Part shown: positions 18,046-27,285 of the stretch, piece after piece | How positions within the stretch are numbered: the stretch's first letter is position 1 | Layout of the letters: every line of letters starts with the position of its first letter | Assembly: GCA_048941265.1 (NCBI GenBank) | Contig: JBHLNT010000038.1 | Coordinates: 1-29,935 of the forward strand | Direction: 5' to 3' | DNA from: Promethearchaeota archaeon | GTDB taxonomy: Archaea; Asgardarchaeota; Lokiarchaeia; Sigyniarchaeales; SOKP01 | DNA length: 29,935 nucleotides | Notes under the pieces: generated by a model | Told to the model about the DNA's origin: nothing | Database searches by the model: none | The model's input: only the letters and a program-made list of their open reading frames with translations | Program-made: the position numbers and the translations under genes

Positions 18046-18324
18046 ATGGCAAAAAAAGCGGCTCCAAAAAAAGCAGCTCCAAAAAAAGCGGCGGCGCCTA
18101 AAAAACCTGCTGCAAAAAAAGCTGAAGGATATATCGCTAAAGCCCCAATTCGAAGATTAATGAAAAAAGAAGGGGCAGATTTAGTAGCAGCTGAAGCCTT
18201 AGATAAGTTAATTGACTTTTTGGAAAAATCTGCTGCAGATGCGACCAAAGAAGCTATAAAAGTCTGTAAAAATGACAAGAGGAAGAGAGTAACTGCCGCC
18301 GATATTAGAACTGCAACAAGATAA
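18046..18324 (+). CDS. archaeal histone with Lys/Ala/Pro-rich N-terminal tail
   Basis: Histone fold IAKAPIRRLMKKEGA..V...A...L...LE......A.......KRK.V...DI; ~28-aa tail. Confidence 0.95.
   Translation: MAKKAAPKKAAPKKAAAPKKPAAKKAEGYIAKAPIRRLMKKEGADLVAAEALDKLIDFLEKSAADATKEAIKVCKNDKRKRVTAADIRTATR
18052..18123 (+). repeat. degenerate 15-18 bp coding tandem repeat (KKAAP units)
   Basis: AAAAAAGCGGCTCCA / AAAAAAGCAGCTCCA / AAAAAAGCGGCGGCGCCT / AAAAAACCTGCTGCA / AAAAAAGCT. Confidence 0.9.
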
Positions 18325-18370
18325 CTCTCTTAATTTTTAAATTTTAGTTTTTTTTACTTTTATTTTTAAT
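18325..18370 (+). terminator. oligo-T archaeal terminator after histone gene
   Basis: Several T-tracts (TTTTT, TTTTTTTT) directly after the stop. Confidence 0.45.
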
Positions 18371-18480
18371 TTCTAAATCCTGTTCATAGCATTAAATTTA
18401 TTACAACGAGAGGCTATAATTTAAACAATCTTCTCAAAAAAGAAAAATACAGATTATTAAGATGTGATTTTTTGATGTAT

Positions 18481-19080
18481 ATGAATTTAAAAGAAATAAT
18501 AAATCCTAGCCACACGGTTCTAATAGTATGGGATGTCCAAAATTTATTGGTAAACGGTATCTTTAACAAGCAAGAATTTCTTAAAAATTTAAAATCACTT
18601 ATAGAAGTAGCAAGGAGCAAAAAAATACCAATTATTTATTCGAAAATAACACCTCTTCCTAAAGAATATGAATCCTCTTTTAGAACTTTCATGTTTATGA
18701 AAAGATTTAAAATCAAAGATCCTGAAAAATTACCTCGATTTTTGGAACCTGGAACACCTGAATCTGAAATAACAAGTGAGATTAGACCTTTAGATGATGA
18801 TATCGTCATAGAAAAAAACACAGCAAGCATATTTATCGGTACAAATTTTGAATATCTAATGAGAAATAAAGGTATTGATACTATTCTATTTACCGGTATA
18901 TCAACTGAATTTGGTATAGCTTCGAGTGCCAGGGATTCATGTAATAGAGGTTTTTATACTGTTGTTGTTAAGGATTGTGTATCGTCTTATAACCAAAAAT
19001 TTCATGAAAATACCCTAGAAATATTAAAAAATATCTGTCTCGTGGAACCTTTTCAAAATATCATGAAAGAATGGGAATAG
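18481..19080 (+). CDS. isochorismatase/cysteine hydrolase family protein
   Basis: HTVLIVWDVQN, IEKNTASIF.GT, GISTEFGI.SSARD...RGF; start uncertain (18472/18475/18481). Confidence 0.92.
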   Translation: MNLKEIINPSHTVLIVWDVQNLLVNGIFNKQEFLKNLKSLIEVARSKKIPIIYSKITPLPKEYESSFRTFMFMKRFKIKDPEKLPRFLEPGTPESEITSEIRPLDDDIVIEKNTASIFIGTNFEYLMRNKGIDTILFTGISTEFGIASSARDSCNRGFYTVVVKDCVSSYNQKFHENTLEILKNICLVEPFQNIMKEWE

Positions 19081-19093
19081 GTTATTTGAGAAA

Positions 19094-19609
19094 TTAAAAA
19101 CTCTCAAAAAATTCTTTATTCAAATATTTTTCTATATTAGACTCAATTTTTCTTTTTACAGAGTCTAATCCCTCAACCACAATCCTCGATTGACCGATAA
19201 TATCAATATAGCCTAATTCTTCACCATATCGAGGAACCACATGAAAATGTAAATGAGGTATACTTGCTCCGGCAATTCCTTCGTTAATTCCAATATTATA
19301 TCCTTTAGGACTATATAACTCATCTAATAAAAATTGAAATCCTTGAATTGCTCTATTGATATGTACTAATTCCACTTTTGTAAGATCAATAAATCTAAGG
19401 ATATGTCTATTGGGTACTATCATTGAATGCGCGGGATTATATGGATATAGATTTAAACAAATAAAGCATATATCATCCTGATAGACTTTTAATAATACTA
19501 CTCTTTCATCATTATCTTTAACAGCACATAAGATGCAGTCTACATTGGGACGATTTTTTCCTTGGACATAATCTAATTTTCCAAGTGCACGAAGCCAGTT
19601 TTTAAACAT
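19094..19609 (-). CDS. HIT family hydrolase (Ap4A phosphorylase/Fhit-like)
   Basis: CILC, LNLYPYNPAH, YNIGIN.G.AGASIPHLHFHVVPR. Confidence 0.95.
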   Translation of the reverse strand: MFKNWLRALGKLDYVQGKNRPNVDCILCAVKDNDERVVLLKVYQDDICFICLNLYPYNPAHSMIVPNRHILRFIDLTKVELVHINRAIQGFQFLLDELYSPKGYNIGINEGIAGASIPHLHFHVVPRYGEELGYIDIIGQSRIVVEGLDSVKRKIESNIEKYLNKEFFESF

Positions 19610-19633
19610 TTTCTATTCACTTAAAGCAATCTA

Positions 19634-20152
19634 TTAAGAATATAATGAAAAATCTGTTCCAGAAAAATCTTTTGTCTTATCAAAATCCTCTGTAATTGTT
19701 CCTGAGCAATATTGCTGTAATATGATATTACTATATGCTGCACAACTAAATACCTTTCGAATGCTTTTAAATACAGAATTCTTTGAGATAGTTCCATCTT
19801 CTTTTAAAAATTTTTGGTCGCTAATCTCGTAACGATACTGATTAACATCAATACGGAAGAATACGTCCTTTAAAAGAAAGAACTTCCTAAGAGCTATGAA
19901 ATATTGTAATTTTTTATCATTTTTCAACAAATTTAACGCATTAATATGTTCTTCTGATATTTGGGTTCCACTTGAAATAATGATTAAATCTTTGTCTTTA
20001 GGCTTAAAAATAGCCATGATATGGCCTCCTTGACCTGGAGGAAAGGTAAATTGAAATCCAAATTCAAGTTTAGGATCCTTAATTTTTTTTCTAAGCAAGC
20101 CTTCTTCTAATAAGTAATCGCGAATTAAGCTTTTGATTTTTACTTCAGACAT
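19634..20152 (-). CDS. DUF2299-like archaeal hypothetical protein
   Basis: I.DYL.EEG......D....F.F...P.......I..PK....I pattern. Confidence 0.65.
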   Translation of the reverse strand: MSEVKIKSLIRDYLLEEGLLRKKIKDPKLEFGFQFTFPPGQGGHIMAIFKPKDKDLIIISSGTQISEEHINALNLLKNDKKLQYFIALRKFFLLKDVFFRIDVNQYRYEISDQKFLKEDGTISKNSVFKSIRKVFSCAAYSNIILQQYCSGTITEDFDKTKDFSGTDFSLYS

Positions 20153-20276
20153 TTTCTATGCTATAAATATTAAATGTAATAATTATTTTAGATTTGCTGA
20201 AACTTCTATTTAAAAAAGTTAATGCAATTTTAGAAATAAATTAGAATTTATTTGGTTCAAAAAATTAGCGAAAGAA

Positions 20277-20630
20277 TTAGTACTTACCCTTTGGTCTAAT
20301 TTGTGGATTAATTCCCGCATTTTTTAATTTTTCTATGTTAGCTTCTAATTCCTCCTTAGGAGTGCAATAAAGTACTTTTAATGAGTCATGATCAATAAAA
20401 AGATTCCCCACAATCCCTAAACCCATTAATTGATTATTTTTACCAATGAAGGTATTGTCAATTCCTACTTTAATAGCTTTCACACCACCATCTAACTCTA
20501 CTAAGCTAGGCTGGCATGCAGTATACCCTGTACCTCTATTCTTCAACAAATAGTTCATGAGAGCATAATCAAGTTCATCCGAAATAGCGCCCTGTTCTTG
20601 AAGCACTTTAATTACATTTGGAACAGGCAT
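20277..20630 (-). CDS. hypothetical protein, 117 aa
   Basis: Clean ORF with SD-like AAGGT; no recognised family. Confidence 0.75.
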   Translation of the reverse strand: MPVPNVIKVLQEQGAISDELDYALMNYLLKNRGTGYTACQPSLVELDGGVKAIKVGIDNTFIGKNNQLMGLGIVGNLFIDHDSLKVLYCTPKEELEANIEKLKNAGINPQIRPKGKY

Positions 20631-20746
20631 ATTAAGTACCTTTTTTCAAAACTTTTAGTTTTCTTATATTTTTTAATAGTATTTTTAAATTCTCAAATTT
20701 TCAATTTGTTCTAATTTGGTAAGAAAAAAATATTTAAATGGAGAAA

Positions 20747-21004
20747 TCATTTCCAATTTTCCACTTGTACCCTATCTATGCTGTGCACAGCACAATTCAT
20801 CTCTTCTAATGCTTGAGTTATTTGTTCAATTGACATATCTCCAGAACCTTTAATTGTTAAAAAAATAGATGTTGTTTTCTGATCAATCTCATCCACTTTT
20901 ATACTAACAAACTTTACACCGTTTAATTTTTCCAAGGTGCGAGCGACATCATCAATAGTGGGTTGATGGGGTTTAAGAATGTCAAGATCATACTCAATTT
21001 TCAT
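20747..21004 (-). CDS. DUF211 family protein
   Basis: LDILKPHQP...A..L....GV..V.I.V.EID..T and AVHSID.V signature. Confidence 0.9.
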   Translation of the reverse strand: MKIEYDLDILKPHQPTIDDVARTLEKLNGVKFVSIKVDEIDQKTTSIFLTIKGSGDMSIEQITQALEEMNCAVHSIDRVQVENWK

Positions 21005-21101
21005 ATCTTATTTTATAACCCTTTAATTGTAATTGTTTAAACGTTATATATGAAATATATCACTTATAATTGTGCGAGTATTTATATTTTTTGTCGTTTG
21101 T

Positions 21102-21797
21102 TTATAAAAAATCTTCGATGGCATGAATTAATTTTGCGGGAATTTCGCTTTCTTCTATGATTTTATCAGCTTTTTCTAAGATCTTTAAATTTGTCAGTTT
21201 GGTTAATTTAGTTTTAAGTGCGATAGACTTTGCTCCAACGTTAAGAGCACCCTCGATATCACGATGATTATCACCAATAACGATAATATCAGAAGGTTTT
21301 ACATTAAGTTTATTACAAATCAATGTTAGGTGTTCTGGATGAGGTTTCGTATTTTTCACATCATCTCTTCCTATAATTATGTTAAAGTATCCTATCATTC
21401 CAATTTTTTCAAGGGAAGTCGTTGCATTTCGATGAGTATTAAATGTATATATAGCCTGTTTCAGATTCTTTTTCTTTATGAATTCTAGGACCTTATCAAT
21501 TCCGTTTACAGCAGTAGCTTCCAAAGCTGCTTCATATTCAATATCATTGACTACATTATCGACAATTTTTATAATTTTTTCTGTTTCTTCATTAGTATAT
21601 CCCGCTTTTCCAAAGTACTCTCTCGCTAATCTAATATTTTCTAAAATACTGCTTTTTACAGTTAAAAGATGTTTTGGAACGCCATGTTTTTTTAAAATTT
21701 TTATCGTTTCTCTTCGGGCTCGAAGCCAATCTATTTTAAAATGAATAAGAGTACCATCTAAATCCCACACAATTGCCTTTATCGGAGAGTTTCTCAT
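21102..21797 (-). CDS. HAD-superfamily phosphatase
   Basis: WDLDGTL, KPHPE, IGDNHRDIEGA. Confidence 0.95.
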   Translation of the reverse strand: MRNSPIKAIVWDLDGTLIHFKIDWLRARRETIKILKKHGVPKHLLTVKSSILENIRLAREYFGKAGYTNEETEKIIKIVDNVVNDIEYEAALEATAVNGIDKVLEFIKKKNLKQAIYTFNTHRNATTSLEKIGMIGYFNIIIGRDDVKNTKPHPEHLTLICNKLNVKPSDIIVIGDNHRDIEGALNVGAKSIALKTKLTKLTNLKILEKADKIIEESEIPAKLIHAIEDFL

Positions 21798-22370
21798 TTA
21801 AAATACCAAATCAGAATAAATAGGTCCTTTAGGTGTTAATTCAGATTTTTTTAATTTCACTTCTCTTATTTTGAACGGGCCAAATTCATAGTTTTTATGT
21901 TCATTAATGATTTTTTTAAAGCTTTCAAAGTTTTTATAATTAATTTTGTTAGCTTTTAGCCTTCCTATTGTTAAATGAGGTGTAAATTTAGAGCGCTTAT
22001 CTTTTTGAATTTTTAATCGCTCATTTAGCAACATTTCTACGTTATCTTTAATCTTTTGTAAAAATGGGATATCGCCTTCCAATTTGATCCAGAGGACGGA
22101 ATAATTTCTGAATTGGCCAGTTCCTTTTAATTTGTACTCGTATGTTTTGTTTTGAAATAGTTTATCATTGATATCTTCTTTCAGAATGTAATAAATTTTT
22201 GGAGCTAAGGATTCTTCAATATTGCCTAAGAATTTGACAGTCATGTGAAGATTTTGAGGTTCTACCAATTTTGATTTAGATTGATTAGTTTTCAATCTCT
22301 CACCATACGATTGTATTCGCTCTATAGTTTCTGTATCCTCTAACTCTAATGCTATGAAGCTTCTGATCAT
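21798..22370 (-). CDS. thpR: RNA 2',3'-cyclic phosphodiesterase (2H phosphoesterase)
   Basis: R.FIA, two HxT motifs (LHMTVKFLG, PHLTIGR), S.LTPKGPIY. Confidence 0.95.
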   Translation of the reverse strand: MIRSFIALELEDTETIERIQSYGERLKTNQSKSKLVEPQNLHMTVKFLGNIEESLAPKIYYILKEDINDKLFQNKTYEYKLKGTGQFRNYSVLWIKLEGDIPFLQKIKDNVEMLLNERLKIQKDKRSKFTPHLTIGRLKANKINYKNFESFKKIINEHKNYEFGPFKIREVKLKKSELTPKGPIYSDLVF

Positions 22371-22394
22371 TTTCTTGCCTCTAATAATTTCAAA

Positions 22395-23342
22395 TCATTG
22401 CAATAACTTGAACTTTTTATCCAGATAGGGTTTGGTCGTCTCAATATAAAATTTTTCTCCATGCTTATTAAATATGTCCCAAGCTTGACTTAATTCTTTT
22501 GGCATGTCTGGAATCCAAAATCGGTCAGGGATAGGTTCAGAGGGTTTCCATTTTTTTGAGAAATCAATATCTTCTATTATAATCCCTTCACCATCTTCAT
22601 GTTTCAAACGTGCAAGAATTTTCCCACTACCATCCACAATTTGAGTCTCTCCAAGATAATAAGACTTATAGGGCCTATCTGGCATAAGAGGTGTTTTGCC
22701 TTCGAACTCTCCAGCATGGGCCGCATGTACTACAGGAACTCCTACCATTCGAGCAAATTTGCTAGGAGTTTCTGCCATCAGTTCTAAAACAATCTTGCGT
22801 AGTTCTGATCTATATCCAGGAAGTTCTTTTTTGGGTAATGTCCACCAACAAGAACCTCCGATTACTACATCTACGCGATTTAATAATCGAAGGGCAGTTC
22901 TTGTGCGCACAAATTCCCAACAGAGAGCTACCCCTATATTACCAAACTTTGTCTCAAGGACACCATCATCTGTACCTCCAATGTACCAACAATTCTCCCA
23001 CATGGTTGGCTGGTCTTTATCATGATAAAAATTAGTGCCATCTGGAAAAGCCAGTACAAAAGTATTATAACTTTTTTGATCCCGAAGGGCTATAAATGAA
23101 CCTCCAATAACTCCATCATATTTTTTCGCAAGTTTGTTTAATAGTTGCCATGGTTCTCCTTTAAGGGGCCTAACTACATCCAGCATTTTAGGATGAAAAC
23201 CCATAGCACTGGTGAAAAATTCGGGAATAATAACCATTTTAGCGCCTTCTTCAAAGGCTTCACTTGCAAGCCGCTTAGCAATTTTAAGGTTTGCTTTCAC
23301 ATTTGTAAATTCAGCATTCATTTGGACAGCTGCGACTTTCAT
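22395..23342 (-). CDS. carbon-nitrogen hydrolase (nitrilase superfamily)
   Basis: VAAVQM start; catalytic triad E (IPEFF), K (HDKD), C (LCWE). Confidence 0.93.
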   Translation of the reverse strand: MKVAAVQMNAEFTNVKANLKIAKRLASEAFEEGAKMVIIPEFFTSAMGFHPKMLDVVRPLKGEPWQLLNKLAKKYDGVIGGSFIALRDQKSYNTFVLAFPDGTNFYHDKDQPTMWENCWYIGGTDDGVLETKFGNIGVALCWEFVRTRTALRLLNRVDVVIGGSCWWTLPKKELPGYRSELRKIVLELMAETPSKFARMVGVPVVHAAHAGEFEGKTPLMPDRPYKSYYLGETQIVDGSGKILARLKHEDGEGIIIEDIDFSKKWKPSEPIPDRFWIPDMPKELSQAWDIFNKHGEKFYIETTKPYLDKKFKLLQ

Positions 23343-23377
23343 TCTATTTCGCCTCTAAATGTTTGTAATTTGATACT

Positions 23378-24517
23378 TTATTTTAATTTGTTGTTCCAAT
23401 AGTTATAAATTCTCCACTCTTTATCATATAATATCTTTTTATGTTCTGGAATAAGATGGACTCTATTTAAATCATCAATTTCAGATGATTCAATAATTTT
23501 TAAAAGATCTTCTAAAAATAAAATCACCATTTTTCCTCTGGTATCCGCATCTGCTGATGCATTATGAGGCATTAAAATCATTCTTATATCAGAATTATCT
23601 TTTTTAATTCTTTTAAATCTTTCAAGTACCTTATTAGGTATAGGTTCATCGGGAAAGACATCAAAAGAAAAATGAATTTGGATTTCTTTTTTTTCAATTA
23701 AATCAAGTAAATCCTCCAAATTTAAAATACCTCCTCTAGCAGTATTAACCAGAAGTGCTCCTTTTTTCATACATAACAGTAATTCTCGATTAATCAATTT
23801 TTCTGTGGATGCATTTAGAGGAATATGTAAGCTAATAATATCTGCTTCACTAAAAATAGCTTCAAGAGTATCTCTATATTCAGTCAATGGATATTGCATT
23901 TCAAAATCCATATTGCGTTGTGTATCATTGTAGATGATTTTTAATCCCCATGGATGTAATTTTTTAACTATTTCTGAGCCTATCTCTCCAAGACCCACGA
24001 TTCCTAATGTTTTATTAGTAATCACTGAAGATAAATCCCGATCTAAATCCCATTTATCGTCAGATGACCAATTTCCATTCCATACATAGTTATGAAGATC
24101 AACAATATTTCTTAAATTAGATAAAATTAGGGCAACAGTATAATCTGCAACTGTTTCATGAAGTACTCCTGGTGTGTGAGTTATTATAATATTATCTTCT
24201 TTCGTACGTTCAATATGATTATATCCTGCTGTTGAGGTTAAAATAGCAATTATTTCAGAACTTTCCAATAACTCAGAAGGTATAATATGACTTAAATGGC
24301 AACCTATTATGTCTGGCTTAAAGCCTTCGATTTCAGATTTGAATTGCTCATCCTTCGGAAATCTTCCATTGAATATTTTAAATTCAGCTAATTGATTTAG
24401 TTGGGACCACAAAAATTTAATTCTCTCCCGGACTTTTAAGCTAATTTTATCATTAGATCCAATTTCATCTTCAATGAAAACGTTTGTAGTGAGATATACT
24501 TTTACTTTAGGTGACAT
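23378..24517 (-). CDS. D-2-hydroxyacid dehydrogenase (glyoxylate reductase-like)
   Basis: TPGVL.ETVAD, GIVGLGEIG, SLHIPL, NTARG, DVF..EP, PH.ASA. Confidence 0.93.
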   Translation of the reverse strand: MSPKVKVYLTTNVFIEDEIGSNDKISLKVRERIKFLWSQLNQLAEFKIFNGRFPKDEQFKSEIEGFKPDIIGCHLSHIIPSELLESSEIIAILTSTAGYNHIERTKEDNIIITHTPGVLHETVADYTVALILSNLRNIVDLHNYVWNGNWSSDDKWDLDRDLSSVITNKTLGIVGLGEIGSEIVKKLHPWGLKIIYNDTQRNMDFEMQYPLTEYRDTLEAIFSEADIISLHIPLNASTEKLINRELLLCMKKGALLVNTARGGILNLEDLLDLIEKKEIQIHFSFDVFPDEPIPNKVLERFKRIKKDNSDIRMILMPHNASADADTRGKMVILFLEDLLKIIESSEIDDLNRVHLIPEHKKILYDKEWRIYNYWNNKLK

Positions 24518-24554
24518 TATTTTTTTAAAATGATTAAAATGAATTTTTTAAGAA

Positions 24555-25517
24555 TTATCTTTTAATTTTTCCCGGTAAGTAAAAGGGATATTTCTTTCTC
24601 AGAATTTTAGTTTTAATAAACCGATCGAATTTCCGTACTTTTTGAAAAAGATTCCACATTTTACTATCACTTTTATAATATTTCTCAATTTCATCAAAGT
24701 TGAGTGGATCTATTTCAAATTCACTGGCCTCCTCTTTAAAAAATGTATTTACTACCTCAATTAATCTCGGAACTAATTCTTCTCGTTGTTCCTTAAAGAA
24801 ATTCGCTACTAAATCAATTGAAACTTTTCTCCAATCATAATATCGATTAACTGTTTCCTCCAGATAAAGTGCTTTTAATATTCCTCTTAAAAATCCGGGA
24901 GCACTTTTAAGAAGCAGTTCAAACTCCATGAGCTCTTCTCCATTCTTTCTAACGAATGGGGTACTGGTATCGAAGTATAATAAATTGGTCTCTTCGGTCA
25001 CCTTTGGATTCTTGACATCATGATCGATTATAGCAAAATTTGAGATTTGACCATCTAATCCTAAATCGATTACTTGATTATTTTTACTAAAACTCCACAG
25101 TTTCTTCATTTCTCTCATTGTAAGAAGTAATAAGGTTTCTACTTCTTTATCACTAACTTGATGAATTACCTTATTACATACTGAATCTGAATCTACTTTT
25201 TTTTGAACGCAATATAATTGTATTTTTTCCTTTTCATCTCTAAACCACACGACATCGTGCTCAGGTAAAGTATACCCAATTTCATCTTTTAAAATTCTGC
25301 AATATTCATAATACGCGGCTATAAATCTTTCTACTTGCTCTTCATTATCAAATATCGGAATTCTTTTATAAGCTAAATGTTCTGGATCTCCAACTATTTC
25401 AAACACTAAGCTAATTTCACCATAACCTAAAATTTTAATAGGAATTTCTCCTTTTTCAGGCTGTTTTGTATCAATTGTTTTTTCAAATTCCTTTAATAAA
25501 TCGATATCAATATTCAT
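24555..25517 (-). CDS. DUF6206-like protein (possible kinase-like fold)
   Basis: ILGYGEISLV, AYKR.P.F, GLDGQISNF, Y.DTSTP, C-terminal Y.FYLPGKIKR. Confidence 0.65.
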   Translation of the reverse strand: MNIDIDLLKEFEKTIDTKQPEKGEIPIKILGYGEISLVFEIVGDPEHLAYKRIPIFDNEEQVERFIAAYYEYCRILKDEIGYTLPEHDVVWFRDEKEKIQLYCVQKKVDSDSVCNKVIHQVSDKEVETLLLLTMREMKKLWSFSKNNQVIDLGLDGQISNFAIIDHDVKNPKVTEETNLLYFDTSTPFVRKNGEELMEFELLLKSAPGFLRGILKALYLEETVNRYYDWRKVSIDLVANFFKEQREELVPRLIEVVNTFFKEEASEFEIDPLNFDEIEKYYKSDSKMWNLFQKVRKFDRFIKTKILRKKYPFYLPGKIKR

Positions 25518-25671
25518 ATCCAGTCAGCTTAACTTTTAATTTGATATTATAAAATTATTTTGAAATTAAATAAAACTAACTTTAAATTAAATTCAATAAT
25601 AAATAATAAAAATCAGTACTCTATTCATAATTATATATTAATTTAAATAGCATCCTAAAAGGGAAGATATT

Positions 25672-27192
25672 ATGAAAATGAATCGTCTTGAAATATTATC
25701 AAAACAAGAAATTCAAGAGATCCATAATTCTACAATTGAGTTATTAGAAACAGTAGGGGTTATAATAGAGTCGCCACAAGTTAGAAACATATTTAAAGAA
25801 CATGGTGCTACTATTGAACAAGTCAATAGGGATTATTTTGTTAAGATCCCCGAAGAATTAATTTTAGAACAATTGAAAAATGTTCCTAGGGAGTTCTCCC
25901 TATATGGCCCAGATGGTTCCTTTAATTTTAAGGTGAATACTAAAAACTTAAATTTTTCTACTTTTGGAGCTGCGGTAAATATCGTCGACCCCACTAATAA
26001 GAAAGGAATAAGAAAGACTACACTTAAAGATGTTATTGATCAAATTCGCGTTGTAAATGCTTTAGATAATATTGTATGTTCCGGATTAGATGTTTGGCCT
26101 AATGATGTGCCATTCATGGAGCTTCATTGTCATATTTTGCGAGAATGGGCAAGGCATAGTTATAGACCATTTGGATTGGGATGTTATGGAAAAACTGCTT
26201 CCCAGGATATGATTAATATTGCTTCTATTGTAGTAGGTGGAAAAGAAGAATTAGTTAAAAGACCGAGATTAATAGGAATATTTAACCCTACCTCTCCTTT
26301 GAGGTTAACCCATCTTTTGCTTAATGGCATTTTAATTTTTGCAAAATATAAACAACCATTAAATATAACTTCATCAGCAAGTGCAGGCTCAACGGCACCT
26401 GTAACTATCGCTGGTATATTAACACAAGGTAATATGGAAATTCTTACTTCTATTATATTAACCCAGTTGGTTAATCCTGGAGCTCCCGTATTTTATGGAT
26501 CAACAAACACTATAATGGATCCTCCAACAGGAAATATAGCATATGGTTCTATGGAGATGGGGCTTATTACAATCGCAGCAGCCCAATTAGCTCATTTTTA
26601 TAATATTCCTTCTAAGGGTTCGGGAGCTCTGACTGACTCAAAATGTTTTGATATTCAAAATGGTTTTGAGAGATTTATAGGGCTTTTCTTTGCTGTGAAT
26701 GCGGGGCACAACTATATTACATGTGCCGGAACATATGAAACGTCTTTATCTGAAACACTTGAATTGCTTGTTATAGATGATGAATTAGCTGGGATTATTA
26801 AACGTGGGTTAGAAGGCATAAGTGTAAATAAGGAAACGATTGCTACAGAGGAAATTAAAAAGGTCATGGCTTCAGAAAAAAAAAATTATTTGGGTAGAAA
26901 GCATTCAGTCAAAAATACACGAAAGGAAATATATCTGCCATTGCTCGTTGACAGAAATAGACGAGGGCGGTGGTTAAAGGATGGAGCTAAAGATATTATG
27001 AGCAGAGCAGGAGAAAAGGTAAACGAGATTCTTCAGTCGCAACAAGGACCAGGACTTTCTTCTGATATTGATACAAAATTAAGCGAGTATTTAAAGATTG
27101 TAGCTTCACGCTCGGTAAATGATTATAGGAAATTGGAAGGGATGGTAGAATCTGAGGGAGAAGTAGATATTGCTGGATTTAAAATAGAATAA
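25672..27192 (+). CDS. MttB-superfamily corrinoid methyltransferase, non-pyrrolysine
   Basis: LS..EI..IH.....LLE.VG, SPL, GSTAPVT.AG, QLVNPGAP..YG, TDSK..D.Q.G.E; no in-frame UAG. Confidence 0.93.
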   Translation: MKMNRLEILSKQEIQEIHNSTIELLETVGVIIESPQVRNIFKEHGATIEQVNRDYFVKIPEELILEQLKNVPREFSLYGPDGSFNFKVNTKNLNFSTFGAAVNIVDPTNKKGIRKTTLKDVIDQIRVVNALDNIVCSGLDVWPNDVPFMELHCHILREWARHSYRPFGLGCYGKTASQDMINIASIVVGGKEELVKRPRLIGIFNPTSPLRLTHLLLNGILIFAKYKQPLNITSSASAGSTAPVTIAGILTQGNMEILTSIILTQLVNPGAPVFYGSTNTIMDPPTGNIAYGSMEMGLITIAAAQLAHFYNIPSKGSGALTDSKCFDIQNGFERFIGLFFAVNAGHNYITCAGTYETSLSETLELLVIDDELAGIIKRGLEGISVNKETIATEEIKKVMASEKKNYLGRKHSVKNTRKEIYLPLLVDRNRRGRWLKDGAKDIMSRAGEKVNEILQSQQGPGLSSDIDTKLSEYLKIVASRSVNDYRKLEGMVESEGEVDIAGFKIE

Positions 27193-27285
27193 TTTTTAAA
27201 TTCCTTTCAAAGAATTAAGCAATAGTATTATAATGAATTAAACTTAATTTTATATTAAAATTAGAATTAAGATAATTGGTATAAT

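Noticed and set aside
18027-18278. Minus-strand ORF with FFGAA repeats
   Set aside because: Antisense mirror of the histone KKAAP tail.
3125-23342. Genome-wide UGA reassignment
   Set aside because: UGA ends five genes at plausible C-termini (3125, 4191, 16644, 20747, 22395) and Trp is encoded by TGG.
21478-23402. Plus-strand short ORFs opposite the HAD and nitrilase genes
   Set aside because: Antisense shadows with no independent support.
25672-27192. Pyrrolysine recoding in MttB
   Set aside because: No in-frame TAG; the ORF is full length.
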